This document shows positions 16,822-26,025 of a stretch of DNA of 64,000 bases, one piece after another. Each line of letters starts with the position of its first letter. The first letter of the stretch is position 1. The DNA is from a virus (Duplodnaviria; Caudoviricetes). A program made the translations under genes and the position numbers. The DNA lies in IMG/VR virus record IMGVR_UViG_3300038461_000042, positions 1,503 through 65,502 of that record; one strand, written 5' to 3'. The notes beneath the pieces were generated by a model that had not been told where the DNA came from, did no database searches, and saw only the letters and a list, made by a program, of their open reading frames with translations.

Positions 16822-17970
16822 CAAAAAATGAAAGTTATTAATACTGAGAAATTGCCGATTAAGCTGTGGCTTGAAGATGTTGAAGATGGAGCATTGGCGC
16901 AGGCTAAGAATTTAGCTAATCACCCATTTGCTTTTAAGTGGGTTGCAATTATGCCTGATTCGCATCAAGGGTATGGTATGCCCATTGGTGGGGTGTTGGC
17001 AACCAAAGAAGTCATAATTCCGAACGCGGTAGGGGTAGATATTGGGTGTGGAATGTCTGCCGCCAAAACGTCTTTAACGGAAATTGATACTAATACTATT
17101 AAGTCAATCATGGGAGAAATTCGCAAAGTTATTCCGGTGGGATTTAGCCACCACCAAGAAGCGCAAGAATGGGCGCAATTTGCCAACGCGCCGGATTTGC
17201 CTATTATTCAAAAAGAATTGGATTCTGCAAAAACACAACTCGGCACACTGGGAGGGGGAAATCATTTTATAGAAATTCAGCGCGGCGACGATGGGCATAT
17301 TTGGGTAATGCTACATTCCGGTAGTCGCAACTTTGGCCTAAAAACTGCTACAGAATATCACAAAAAAGCACAGGCTCTTTGCGAAAAATGGGTTTCTGGT
17401 ATACCAGATAGAGACCTTGCGTTTCTTCCAATGGACACAATTGAAGGACGGGAATATTTTATTGCAATGAATTATTGTCTGGACTTTGCTTTTCAGAACC
17501 GCGCCTTGATGATGAAGCGCATATTGGATATTTTTTGGGAAAAGACCGGAGCGCATGAAATGGACGAAGTGAATATCCACCACAACTATGCAATTATGGA
17601 GCACCACTTTGGACAAAACGTCCTTGTCCATCGTAAGGGAGCCACCAAAGCCACTCTGGGATTACGCGGAATTATCCCTGGATCAATGGGGACCCACAGC
17701 TATATTGTTGAGGGACTTGGCAATCCAGACAGTTTTGAATCTTGTTCTCACGGAGCTGGGCGCAGAATGGGGCGCAAGGAAGCCTCTCGCGTTCTTAGTC
17801 TTGCAGAGGAACAAGAAAAAATGTCGGGAATTGTTAATGGCCTTCGGACAGTACAAGACCTTGACGAAGCGCCGGGCGCATATAAAGATATTGATATTGT
17901 CATGGACAATCAAAAAGACCTTGTGAAAAAGATAGTTGAGCTTACTCCCTTGGCAAGTATCAAGGGATAG
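16819..17970 (+). CDS. rtcB: RtcB RNA ligase
   Basis: MPDSHQGYGMPIG, VGVDIGCG, LGGGNHFIE, HSGSR, HHN, HRKGA, PGSMG, SHGAGR and DEAPGAYK. Confidence 0.95.
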   Translation: MQKMKVINTEKLPIKLWLEDVEDGALAQAKNLANHPFAFKWVAIMPDSHQGYGMPIGGVLATKEVIIPNAVGVDIGCGMSAAKTSLTEIDTNTIKSIMGEIRKVIPVGFSHHQEAQEWAQFANAPDLPIIQKELDSAKTQLGTLGGGNHFIEIQRGDDGHIWVMLHSGSRNFGLKTATEYHKKAQALCEKWVSGIPDRDLAFLPMDTIEGREYFIAMNYCLDFAFQNRALMMKRILDIFWEKTGAHEMDEVNIHHNYAIMEHHFGQNVLVHRKGATKATLGLRGIIPGSMGTHSYIVEGLGNPDSFESCSHGAGRRMGRKEASRVLSLAEEQEKMSGIVNGLRTVQDLDEAPGAYKDIDIVMDNQKDLVKKIVELTPLASIKG

Positions 17971-17978
17971 GCAACAAG

Positions 17979-17995
17979 GCTTTCAAGAGAGGATG
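17979..17995 (+). repeat. 17-bp direct repeat, right of rtcB
   Basis: GCTTTCAAGAGAGGATG, identical to 16805-16821. Confidence 0.85.
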
Positions 17996-18196
17996 GAGAG
18001 AATGAATAGAAAATCTCCCGGAAGAATGTATTTATGGAGCAATCCAGATTTACCACATTGGCAAAGATTATTATTAGGTTTGCCATATCTTACAATTTTG
18101 TTCTGGTGGTGGTTGGTTGGAAATCCAATATGTCTTTATAGGGGCAGTAAGCAACCAGAAGAATTTCATCCAGAAGATATTTATGTGAGAGAATGA
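17993..18196 (+). CDS. Small membrane protein
   Basis: Starts within the right repeat; one TM; ATGA coupling to ninG. Confidence 0.5.
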   Translation: MERMNRKSPGRMYLWSNPDLPHWQRLLLGLPYLTILFWWWLVGNPICLYRGSKQPEEFHPEDIYVRE

Positions 18197-18645
18197 AACC
18201 GATTTGTCCTAAGCCCAAGCCCATCAAAGCCAAAAAGAAGAAGCGCGGGAAGTATGTCTCTCCCCGGAAGTCTTTGGAAATCCAGCTTGACAAAGTTTTC
18301 TCCGAGTATATCAAGCTCCGGGACGATTACCGTTGTTGCATCTGTGGCACAGACCAGCGTCCCCAATGCGGCCACCTGATAACCAGATCGTGTACGCGCT
18401 TGCGTTGGGAAGAAAAAAATGCGGCATGTCAATGCAGTGGGCACAATCTCCAGCATGAATACAGGCCAGAGATATTCACGAACTGGTACATAAAAACGCA
18501 TGGATTAGCAGAGTATAATAAGCTGTATCGCCTGAGCCAGATCCAAAATTTCAAATGGTCGGTGGAAGAATTACAAGAGATTCTTACCGACTTACAAGCC
18601 AAACTGGATAGTCTAAAGAATAGGAGCGTCTATGTCGAAAAATGA
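18193..18645 (+). CDS. ninG: NinG/Rap-like recombination endonuclease
   Basis: DKVFSEYIKLRD…CCICG…QCGH…RWEEKNAACQC…N. Confidence 0.8.
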   Translation: MKPICPKPKPIKAKKKKRGKYVSPRKSLEIQLDKVFSEYIKLRDDYRCCICGTDQRPQCGHLITRSCTRLRWEEKNAACQCSGHNLQHEYRPEIFTNWYIKTHGLAEYNKLYRLSQIQNFKWSVEELQEILTDLQAKLDSLKNRSVYVEK

Positions 18646-18808
18646 GAGCGATATACAAGCGTTCATTGACCAGTGGAACAAGCGCGGGCGGGATGTTAGA
18701 ATCCTGGACTTCTCGCCGGATATTATCTTGGCGGAAATAAACGGCGCATTTTCTGCTGCCGAATTGGAGCAGATAGCTGAATTCATCAGGGAATGCGAGG
18801 ATAAATGA
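18632..18808 (+). CDS. Hypothetical protein (58 aa)
   Basis: AGGAG RBS; MSKNESDIQAF…CEDK*; below the track cutoff. Confidence 0.45.
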   Translation: MSKNESDIQAFIDQWNKRGRDVRILDFSPDIILAEINGAFSAAELEQIAEFIRECEDK

Positions 18809-18970
18809 AACTGACCTTACAACAAGCCCATCATGTTTTGCAGGCAGAAATTGAGTGGTGTCTTAAGCATCCCAATAAGGATTTAACTGCCGACCATCAA
18901 CTAGGATTTAGAAATGGACTAAAACAGGCCCAATATCTTTTGGAAAAAGCAGAAGAAAAGATAAAAAAAG

Positions 18971-19519
18971 ATGGATGACCTTCAATCCATTGTAGAAGAA
19001 ATAGGTGCGCTGGCCGATGCTATGGAAAAAGACAGGTGGAAGCTATGCGCCGCCATCGCTGCCGCCTTCGAGGAACTTCCAGCATATTCCAGAGGCTTGA
19101 CAATCGGGTTGTCTGCTAGGTTGAAGAAGTCCGGCGACCAGATTTATAGCCTCAGAGATTCGGAAATTTTACGCTCGCGGTTACGATACGATACGGAAAT
19201 TCCGCCCAGTCATTTTTCTACCCTGTCGAGATTGCGGGACCGTTTCAACCTGACCGATGAAATTTGTATTGAGTGGTTAGACTGGGTGAAAGAAACGGGT
19301 GCGAGCGTGAGGGAAATGAGTTGCGAGATAACGATAAAATACACGGAAGATGGTAAGAAGGCTTTCTTTCGACGCGTAATCAGGGTTCAGAAAGACGTAC
19401 AGCGATTGCTTGAAGAAGCCGAGGCAATTAGACTGCCAGAACAGTTGCGCGCCCTTACAAAGAGCGCGCTGGCTGTTCTAAGAGAATGGATTGAGAAACT
19501 TGTGGAGTGGCGGGGGTGA
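18971..19519 (+). CDS. Hypothetical helical protein
   Basis: 182-aa ORF ending the rightward block. Confidence 0.6.
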   Translation: MDDLQSIVEEIGALADAMEKDRWKLCAAIAAAFEELPAYSRGLTIGLSARLKKSGDQIYSLRDSEILRSRLRYDTEIPPSHFSTLSRLRDRFNLTDEICIEWLDWVKETGASVREMSCEITIKYTEDGKKAFFRRVIRVQKDVQRLLEEAEAIRLPEQLRALTKSALAVLREWIEKLVEWRG

Positions 19520-19602
19520 TTACTTTGTCGTTAGCCAATTTTTCTTTTCCCACATACGGCGCGCCCTGGCGATGCGTTCTTCGTGCGCTACTCTAAAAGC
19601 AT

Positions 19603-19809
19603 CTAAAGTGGGAATAGTCTCTGCATTGCTTCCGGGCTGTCGCTTGCAATCCAGATCGGAGATTCGCATTTGCAACGCGCGTAATGCTTGCCGCACACTT
19701 TGCACATGCGATAGGTGATAAACGGCGATCCCGCAAGGTCTTTCATGCGCTCGTCAATATCTGGGCAAGTGCAATTTTCCAAATCATTATGGCATTTCAC
19801 GCAGAACAT
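19603..19809 (-). CDS. Cys-rich Zn-binding protein
   Basis: MFCVKC…CTC…CKVCGKHYARCKC; GGAGG RBS. Confidence 0.5.
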   Translation of the reverse strand: MFCVKCHNDLENCTCPDIDERMKDLAGSPFITYRMCKVCGKHYARCKCESPIWIASDSPEAMQRLFPL

Positions 19810-19811
19810 TT

Positions 19812-20264
19812 TCATCCTCCTTTGCGGAACATTGACCCGAGACGATAGGCTTGATCTATTGAAATTGGGGGCATTTTTGCGGCTCTTTGCGCCCCCTCTC
19901 TGGCAATAGCCGTCTTTCGCTCTGCGTTTGGGCTGTGGCGCACCATCAAGTATCCCATAGGCTGCCCGGTTAATAGGTTTCTGCAAGTCCAGGCCAATCC
20001 ATCGTCTTGTTCCCATTGTAGGCGATAATCAAAACTAATTCCGCCCTCTGCGCCCAAAAACAACGGCGTAACGGTTGCTCGATCTGGGGCTGTAAATTCA
20101 ACCCTAGCATGTATGGGAATTGGATTCAAGTCTTTGTCTAGCAGTCCTTTTTCGTTTATTAAATCCATGCGGAAGTGTTTATTTAGAAAATCGTGAGCAA
20201 GTTGAACGTCAGCTTTTATTTTTTCAAACTCTGGCCCCTCGGTTACATTAATGATGTTTGACAT
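19812..20264 (-). CDS. Early hypothetical protein
   Basis: 150 aa; GAAAGGAGGATAAA RBS. Confidence 0.6.
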   Translation of the reverse strand: MSNIINVTEGPEFEKIKADVQLAHDFLNKHFRMDLINEKGLLDKDLNPIPIHARVEFTAPDRATVTPLFLGAEGGISFDYRLQWEQDDGLAWTCRNLLTGQPMGYLMVRHSPNAERKTAIAREGAQRAAKMPPISIDQAYRLGSMFRKGG

Positions 20265-20368
20265 TTTATCCTCCTTTCATGGAACTGGCGCGCATAGCCA
20301 GATTATATAAGCTGTAATAGCTATGACAACGATCAGAATGGTTAGAGCGATTTCTTTCCAAGAAGGTT

Positions 20369-20683
20369 TCATTTTGCCATCCTCAAAAGAGCGGGCAGAA
20401 TACAGCATACTATTATCAGCCCATAGCCAATTATAATCCACGTCCAGAGATGCCGCGATTTTCTCTTGAGCTTGACAACCTTCTGAGGCTTCTGGATGGA
20501 TTTACTCTGCCAGTAGTCAAGGGCTTCGTTGCCTTTAGGCTGCGTACATCTTGCGACGACTTCCGGGGGCGCGCCTTTCAAGATTTCCTTCTGCGTCTGC
20601 GCGTCTCTGGACGCGAACCAGCGGTAGAAGTCTGCATCCGGGCGCGGGTTGACCTTCCAGTAAGATTCCCATGACATTTCCAT
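20369..20683 (-). CDS. Early membrane-anchored protein
   Basis: C-terminal TM helix. Confidence 0.55.
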   Translation of the reverse strand: MEMSWESYWKVNPRPDADFYRWFASRDAQTQKEILKGAPPEVVARCTQPKGNEALDYWQSKSIQKPQKVVKLKRKSRHLWTWIIIGYGLIIVCCILPALLRMAK

Positions 20684-20685
20684 GG

Positions 20686-20871
20686 CTAAATCTTCTGCGC
20701 CAGGATTTCGCGGGCGCGTTGGTAAATCTCGGATTTATGTGCATCCGCGCCGGCAATATCGTCAACCAGGTTGAGCAGGTCCGAAAGTGTATCTTCCAGG
20801 TCTACGGTCCGCTGTGCGATTTCCTTGAGCGTGTAATAGCCGCGCTGTTTGATGTCTGATTGGATGGTCAT
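20686..20871 (-). CDS. Early hypothetical protein
   Basis: Start at MTIQS after GGAGG. Confidence 0.5.
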   Translation of the reverse strand: MTIQSDIKQRGYYTLKEIAQRTVDLEDTLSDLLNLVDDIAGADAHKSEIYQRAREILAQKI

Positions 20872-21113
20872 TTCTGCGCCTCCGGGTTCCACATAAAATC
20901 AATGCTGAGATAGTCCTTCTTTGGATATACGTCAATACTAGCGTTTGGCGGAGGCAATAAACGGCGGAGGCGGTTTAGGGTTGCTTCTGTGCGAACATAA
21001 ATACTATGACGCGTTGCCGTTTTCGGATGTTTCAAATCATGCCGCCAAAAAACAACCTCTGTATCGCTGTTGGCGTGTTTTTGTACGTCAATTCCGAACA
21101 ATGGGTTTTTCAT
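20868..21113 (-). CDS. Early hypothetical protein
   Basis: Coupled to both neighbours by ATGA overlaps. Confidence 0.55.
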   Translation of the reverse strand: MKNPLFGIDVQKHANSDTEVVFWRHDLKHPKTATRHSIYVRTEATLNRLRRLLPPPNASIDVYPKKDYLSIDFMWNPEAQK

Positions 21114-21403
21114 TTTGCCTCGCTTTCTGCAAGTACTTTCCTAGCCGTGTCAATCAGATGGGCCGGAGGAGAATAGGGCAATTCATGCATCATATATTCT
21201 GCGTTCTCGGTAAGCGCGCGCAGGGCCTTGATTAGGGCTGTGTTCTGCATCCTGAGCCGTTTATTTTCTGCGAATGACAATAGGCGGAGATATTCGCCTT
21301 CGGGGATAAGTCGCCAGCCCTGCGCTTCCAGGCTGCGCTTATCGTATGAGTTCCCAACGCGGCGGAGTTCGCCGGTCTTTGAGATTAAAAAGGCTTCGTA
21401 CAT
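21110..21403 (-). CDS. Early hypothetical protein
   Basis: GAAAGGATAAAA RBS. Confidence 0.55.
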   Translation of the reverse strand: MYEAFLISKTGELRRVGNSYDKRSLEAQGWRLIPEGEYLRLLSFAENKRLRMQNTALIKALRALTENAEYMMHELPYSPPAHLIDTARKVLAESEAK

Positions 21404-21407
21404 GGTT

Positions 21408-21593
21408 TTATCCTTTCTTGATTAGATACACAGATGTAAACGGCGGAGTTTCTTTGATCTTGCCGTTTTCATCTTCCAGGGCGGCGCGGAAGGCGTTTTT
21501 ACTGCTCAATACCACGCGATAGATTTTCCCGGAGGGGGTAAGTTTGACAAGCGAGTCAAGCGTACAGGTCTTTAGAATGACGCGGGTCATCAC
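21408..21593 (-). CDS. Early hypothetical protein (SH3-like beta content)
   Basis: GAAAGGATAAA RBS. Confidence 0.5.
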   Translation of the reverse strand: MMTRVILKTCTLDSLVKLTPSGKIYRVVLSSKNAFRAALEDENGKIKETPPFTSVYLIKKG

Positions 21594-21785
21594 AGATTTA
21601 TCCTTTCCTCATGGCGTGTATAATCTGATGCTTGCGACAGAGTTTCAAATACCATCCAATGAAAGAGCCCTTGCCCTTTGTCCATCGCGGCTTACATCTT
21701 TTATCACACATGATATTTATCCCTTTCCTCCCCGGCAGGGAATGAGCCTGCTGGGAATGTACGAGTCGTATCGGGAGTTTAGGGT

Positions 21786-22163
21786 TTATATTTCTAATCC
21801 GGCGCGGTCGGCCAGTTTGCGGGCGGTTTCCTCGAACCCGAACCAGGCTAAAGTATTGCGGTTCTGCGTATCGCGGGCCAGCGGATCGGTTTCATCCCAG
21901 GGGTTCAGTCGGAAGTCTGGGCCGTATTCCTGAACCGCTTCCGCGTACATCGCGTCAATCTCTTTGTGATGTTTGCGGTAGAATGCTAGAGTATCGTGAT
22001 AGTAAATCAGATGCCCAACCATCCCGGAAGAGCAGCCGCCATAAAACAGGTCTTTAAGCAGGTCTTCCGGGGCTGAATAACCGCGATCTTGATAGCGGTC
22101 AATCCAGCGTGCTACGTGCCTTTCAAGTGCTGATTCTGCGAGCGTGTAAAATTTGGTAGTCAT
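21786..22163 (-). CDS. Conserved phage early protein (GCxSGxxxxLIYY family)
   Basis: GGCSSGMVGHLIYYHDTLAFY…LAWFGFEETA; AAGGAG RBS. Confidence 0.7.
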   Translation of the reverse strand: MTTKFYTLAESALERHVARWIDRYQDRGYSAPEDLLKDLFYGGCSSGMVGHLIYYHDTLAFYRKHHKEIDAMYAEAVQEYGPDFRLNPWDETDPLARDTQNRNTLAWFGFEETARKLADRAGLEI

Positions 22164-22290
22164 TGCATTTTCTCCTTTTTTAGTTTTGCGGGTGACTAGC
22201 GCCGCTTCCGGTCAATCGGGCCGGAACGATTTATTATCATTCCATTCTCTGTGTGCGTGATGTGACATTTAGCATGGTTGCAATATGACA

Positions 22291-22611
22291 TTATTCCTCT
22301 CTGCCGGATAGCCTCCGGCGGGGCGTGAAAGCACGATACGTCACGGAAGTTATTCTAAATACAAGGGCATAATCGCTCCTCTCTCTGACAGTATTGCCAG
22401 GGTATTGACGGGCTGTAATCATCTTACAGCCCGCGCATACCCGGACAATCATGCCTAAAAAATGCACACAGTGTACATTCGATGGAATATAACGATGTTG
22501 GTCAAGTGTGCTGTATGGGTAGCATAAAATACATGCCCGCTGTGTCCACCATAGGATAAAATCACTCTGTGTCCATAAATAAACCAGCTTTGTGTTGCTA
22601 TCATTTTTCAT
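22291..22611 (-). CDS. Early hypothetical protein
   Basis: 106-aa ORF in the leftward early block; RBS placement uncertain. Confidence 0.4.
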   Translation of the reverse strand: MKNDSNTKLVYLWTQSDFILWWTQRACILCYPYSTLDQHRYIPSNVHCVHFLGMIVRVCAGCKMITARQYPGNTVRERSDYALVFRITSVTYRAFTPRRRLSGREE

Positions 22612-22674
22612 CCTTTGCGCGGGATTGACCGCCCCGCGCCGCGGCTATACCTTATTCAACCAGGTAGATATGTT

Positions 22675-22905
22675 TCACCAGTTTATATCTGTAATCCGCT
22701 CTACCTGTTTACTGTCAAGTATAAAATTGACTGGCCACGCATTCCCATGTTCCTGTTCAATTCGTCGGTTTACCAGTTCTGCAAAGTCGCGGGCTATTTC
22801 TGGATTGTAAAATAGCCGCGTGACATATTGCCAACTAGTAAAACGGTCTCTGATTAGTCTATGCGGATGCGATACCGTTACTGCATGTTTCCTCGGGTTT
22901 TTCAT
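22675..22905 (-). CDS. Early hypothetical protein
   Basis: GAGGATAAA RBS. Confidence 0.55.
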   Translation of the reverse strand: MKNPRKHAVTVSHPHRLIRDRFTSWQYVTRLFYNPEIARDFAELVNRRIEQEHGNAWPVNFILDSKQVERITDINW

Positions 22906-23150
22906 TTTATCCTCACTTTCAGAATTCAGAATATGAACACTTGCTTTTTAGTCATGCCTATTCGGCCATCCTCCGCTTGAGTTCTCGCTCAAGGCGGATG
23001 TAGGCGGCCTTTGCTTTATCCGCATTGACGGTATCACCAGCTAGACGATACTCGCGCTCAAGCTTGTGATACTCTTTGGCTGTATGTATGATCTGGGTGG
23101 TTGTCATGATGTCCTCTTGTGTGCGTGTACCATGCGCAGCCCGGCTAAAC

Positions 23151-23357
23151 TTATAGCCGCAATGCTTTTACCAAACTAGTGGCGCTCTCAAGAGCCTCGG
23201 TAAAGGTTGAGTATCCCTCAAGGTGGTGTAGAGTGTGCCACGCGTTGGTCTTAATCATGTAGTCCACGGCGAAGCCGTTATTAATGTGAGATTCTTTCAC
23301 TACCACCTTCCGGTCATACTGCTCACCGAGCGATCTAAACTTGATTTGTGCTTCCAT
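23151..23357 (-). CDS. Early hypothetical protein
   Basis: GAGGAG RBS. Confidence 0.55.
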   Translation of the reverse strand: MEAQIKFRSLGEQYDRKVVVKESHINNGFAVDYMIKTNAWHTLHHLEGYSTFTEALESATSLVKALRL

Positions 23358-23469
23358 AGTCTCTACTCCTCTTGTCTACTTGCCACACTACCACGTAGTG
23401 TGGTCTGATGGGCCGGCCAACCATAAGCTGACCGGCCCATCAGAGAGGCTATACAGCCTCCCCTACAAT

Positions 23470-23658
23470 CTAATCTGGCGACAGCGCTGTATCGGTGGGT
23501 AGGGTCCCGGTATCACCCTCACACTCATACACCTTGTATATCCGCCAACCGATCTTCCGATTGTCTTCAATATTCTCTGGGCTATTGTCCTCGGTGATGA
23601 CAATATACTCCCCGGTTCCGTCCTCGCGTTCGTAGTGCAATATATAAAATGTTGTCAT
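23470..23658 (-). CDS. Acidic early protein, first gene of the leftward early unit
   Basis: AAGGAG RBS; 62 aa, acidic. Confidence 0.55.
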   Translation of the reverse strand: MTTFYILHYEREDGTGEYIVITEDNSPENIEDNRKIGWRIYKVYECEGDTGTLPTDTALSPD

Positions 23659-23723
23659 GGCTTATTTACTCCTTATGCTTATTATCGCACGCGCCCAGCT
23701 TGATTACACCTACCATATATCAC

Positions 23724-23751
23724 ATTGTAATATGACGAATGTCATATTCAA
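23724..23751 (-). promoter_or_regulatory. Early promoter with palindromic operator in the spacer
   Basis: TTGAAT-16-TACAAT on the minus strand; AATATGAC-gaat-GTCATATT inverted repeat at 23729-23748. Confidence 0.5.
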
Positions 23752-23947
23752 TATTCAGAATGTGAACGATGGAAACCTGGCGATACATGGACGCGATACC
23801 GGGGCACGCAGCGTATGCCATGGCGGACAGCGCCGGCCAGCCCGCAGAATTGGGGAACGGGTGGACACGCCAGACTACAGCACCAATCAAGAAATTTACA
23901 GTTCTCGTTTTCCAATAAATTGCTAGGTTATGCGATATAATAGAAAC

Positions 23948-24133
23948 ATGAAATGTCCAATTCATGATTATGAACTTGAATATAAAAGAAGCACAACCAA
24001 GACAACAATTCTATGGTGCGCGTGCGGACACCCCGTTATCATTGCAGATGATAAAATGATTAAGTTACTATGGGAACACTATAACGAATCTAAAAGAGAA
24101 ACTGTTTTACGGTTCTCGAATTCCACAGAATAG
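23948..24133 (+). CDS. Small Zn-ribbon protein (probably leaderless)
   Basis: MKCPIH…CACGH; TATAAT 6 nt upstream of the ATG. Confidence 0.5.
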   Translation: MKCPIHDYELEYKRSTTKTTILWCACGHPVIIADDKMIKLLWEHYNESKRETVLRFSNSTE

Positions 24134-24256
24134 GCAGGCTACACGAACAAAACGAGGTATAATAGGCTATCCAGCCATCGTGTGCGCGCCAATCGGCAAA
24201 CTGTGAAAACAGCACTATGGGCCGAGCGGTGGCTGGAAACCGAAAGGATAAAGGAA

Positions 24257-24448
24257 ATGGATGACCTGAGAATATTAAAGATTATTGAGTATCCAACTGT
24301 CATAAATGCAAAGCACGAGAGTCTATATCGCTCTTACCACATACTAGACTTAGTTGAAATATTGCTTCAAGAGGGAACGCCGCCGAGAATAGCACTGGCA
24401 ATATTAAGAGAATTGCGCCTGGCGCGTGGAAAAACGGAGGAAGAATAA
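24257..24448 (+). CDS. Hypothetical protein
   Basis: Start at MDDLR after GAAAGGATAAAGG; HESLYRSYHIL motif. Confidence 0.5.
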   Translation: MDDLRILKIIEYPTVINAKHESLYRSYHILDLVEILLQEGTPPRIALAILRELRLARGKTEEE

Positions 24449-24738
24449 TGCCAGCACAACAGCAGAAGCAAGTAAAAGGTGGAAAATGTCTTACGACTTC
24501 GGAGACGAAGAAGCAGCACTATGTCACATACAGGTCGTTACATGGAGGAGTGGGTAATAAGATAGTTGGGAGCAAAGAGCATAGAGGCTGTGGGCCACTG
24601 GCGAGGTATAATCGTCGTAAGCAGGTTGAGGTAAATGCAATTGAGAACGGTAAACGCGGTTTACATCCCACTCTTGGAGAGTTGCCCTATTCTGATAAGA
24701 CATTCAGGCTGTTGGCAGATAAGAGGAGAATGAAATGA
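24448..24738 (+). CDS. Basic hypothetical protein
   Basis: 96 aa; GGAGG RBS; coupled to neighbours. Confidence 0.5.
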   Translation: MPAQQQKQVKGGKCLTTSETKKQHYVTYRSLHGGVGNKIVGSKEHRGCGPLARYNRRKQVEVNAIENGKRGLHPTLGELPYSDKTFRLLADKRRMK

Positions 24739-25091
24739 GAAGATATAGAAGCAACCAGAGTGTGTTTTCTGCAATTATCGCTCTCTTAATAACGGATTGG
24801 ATATTTAGGTCAAGAGAAGGCAATCATAGTGAATATCAAGGCTATTTACAATCTGACCACTGGAAGAGGGTAAGGAACGCAGTTGGGCAAGATGCCAATT
24901 GGCTATGTGAAGTAAAAGGGTGTGGTAGATACGGGAAAAACCTGAACGCCCATCATTTGCATTATCAAAGTCTTGGAGAGGAAAGAGAGGGAGATGTAGT
25001 GTATCTTTGTCCATATCACCACAAGATGATCCACAAAAATCACGCGTTTAATAAACGGGATGGGGGAGTAATTCCAGCCTTTAACTATTGA
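24735..25091 (+). CDS. HNH endonuclease (possibly packaging-associated)
   Basis: YLQSDHWKRVR…CEVKGC…NAHHLHY…LCPYHHKMIH; near the terminase genes. Confidence 0.8.
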   Translation: MRRYRSNQSVFSAIIALLITDWIFRSREGNHSEYQGYLQSDHWKRVRNAVGQDANWLCEVKGCGRYGKNLNAHHLHYQSLGEEREGDVVYLCPYHHKMIHKNHAFNKRDGGVIPAFNY

Positions 25092-25115
25092 TGGGGAAGA
25101 GGTTATAATTTTGGT

Positions 25116-25556
25116 ATGGACTTACACATGGTATATAGAAAGTTTACTCCTCCGCAGTTGGCAGAGAATCCAAATAACGCCAATGCGAAATGGTTGACAA
25201 ACCACAGACTGTCTGTTTACATGATTGGAGCAGACCCCGTGGGGAATACCATAATTGCCTATACCGTAGACGTGGAATTAATGCAGGATAATGTCTGGCA
25301 GGATTTTGAGGACGGGATGAACCATTCCAGAGCCGAATGGGTTCCTAAAAATAATTATTGGTTGGCGAACAATTTAAGTCCAAGACAGAAGATGGTAACT
25401 CTGGTACATGAAACCAAAGAAGATAGAGTGTTGGGTGGCTCAAGTACACAAAAGACCTATGATGACGCACATACCTACGAGGCGAATCCACTGGAGTTTG
25501 AAGCCAGGCATGGAGATACCCTAAAAGTTTTGAGAGATTTAGGATGGAGGTGTTGA
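25116..25556 (+). CDS. HExxE…H putative metalloprotein
   Basis: TLVHETKE…YDDAH motif; leaderless-type start. Confidence 0.5.
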   Translation: MDLHMVYRKFTPPQLAENPNNANAKWLTNHRLSVYMIGADPVGNTIIAYTVDVELMQDNVWQDFEDGMNHSRAEWVPKNNYWLANNLSPRQKMVTLVHETKEDRVLGGSSTQKTYDDAHTYEANPLEFEARHGDTLKVLRDLGWRC

Positions 25557-25557
25557 T

Positions 25558-26025
25558 ATGTTTCCATTGGTACAAACGCTAGTACAGCAAGAAGTTACTT
25601 TAGAGAGAACCAACCGGGACTTTTACCGACTTGGTTCGTTTGTACTGGACAATGAAGGCTGGGGAGGGTTTGCAAAATTCTTCAAGAAGTCCAGTGACGA
25701 AGAGCAGGAACACGCAGACAAGTTCTCCAATCTTCTGGTGGATAGGAATATCAACCCAATGTACGATACGATTCGGAACATTGAGGCGTTGGAAGGAAAT
25801 CCGCTGGTTTGGTGTAAAGCTGCCTACGAAGCAGAGCAAAAGACGACCGCCGCAATCCAGGAAATCTACAAGCAGGCCATGGATGAGGGCGAATATCTTG
25901 TCTTGGAATTTCTACACTGGTTCCTTGAGGAACAGAGAAAGTCTGAACGAGAGGTTTGGGACATCATTCAAATGCTAGAAGCCACGGATGAGTGGAGACT
26001 GATAGACGAAAAATTGGGAGAGTAA
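25558..26025 (+). CDS. ftnA: Ferritin
   Basis: E..A..Y-type helix A, GFAKFF…EEQEHA, E.K.T, FLHWFLEEQ..SE ferroxidase ligands. Confidence 0.85.
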   Translation: MFPLVQTLVQQEVTLERTNRDFYRLGSFVLDNEGWGGFAKFFKKSSDEEQEHADKFSNLLVDRNINPMYDTIRNIEALEGNPLVWCKAAYEAEQKTTAAIQEIYKQAMDEGEYLVLEFLHWFLEEQRKSEREVWDIIQMLEATDEWRLIDEKLGE

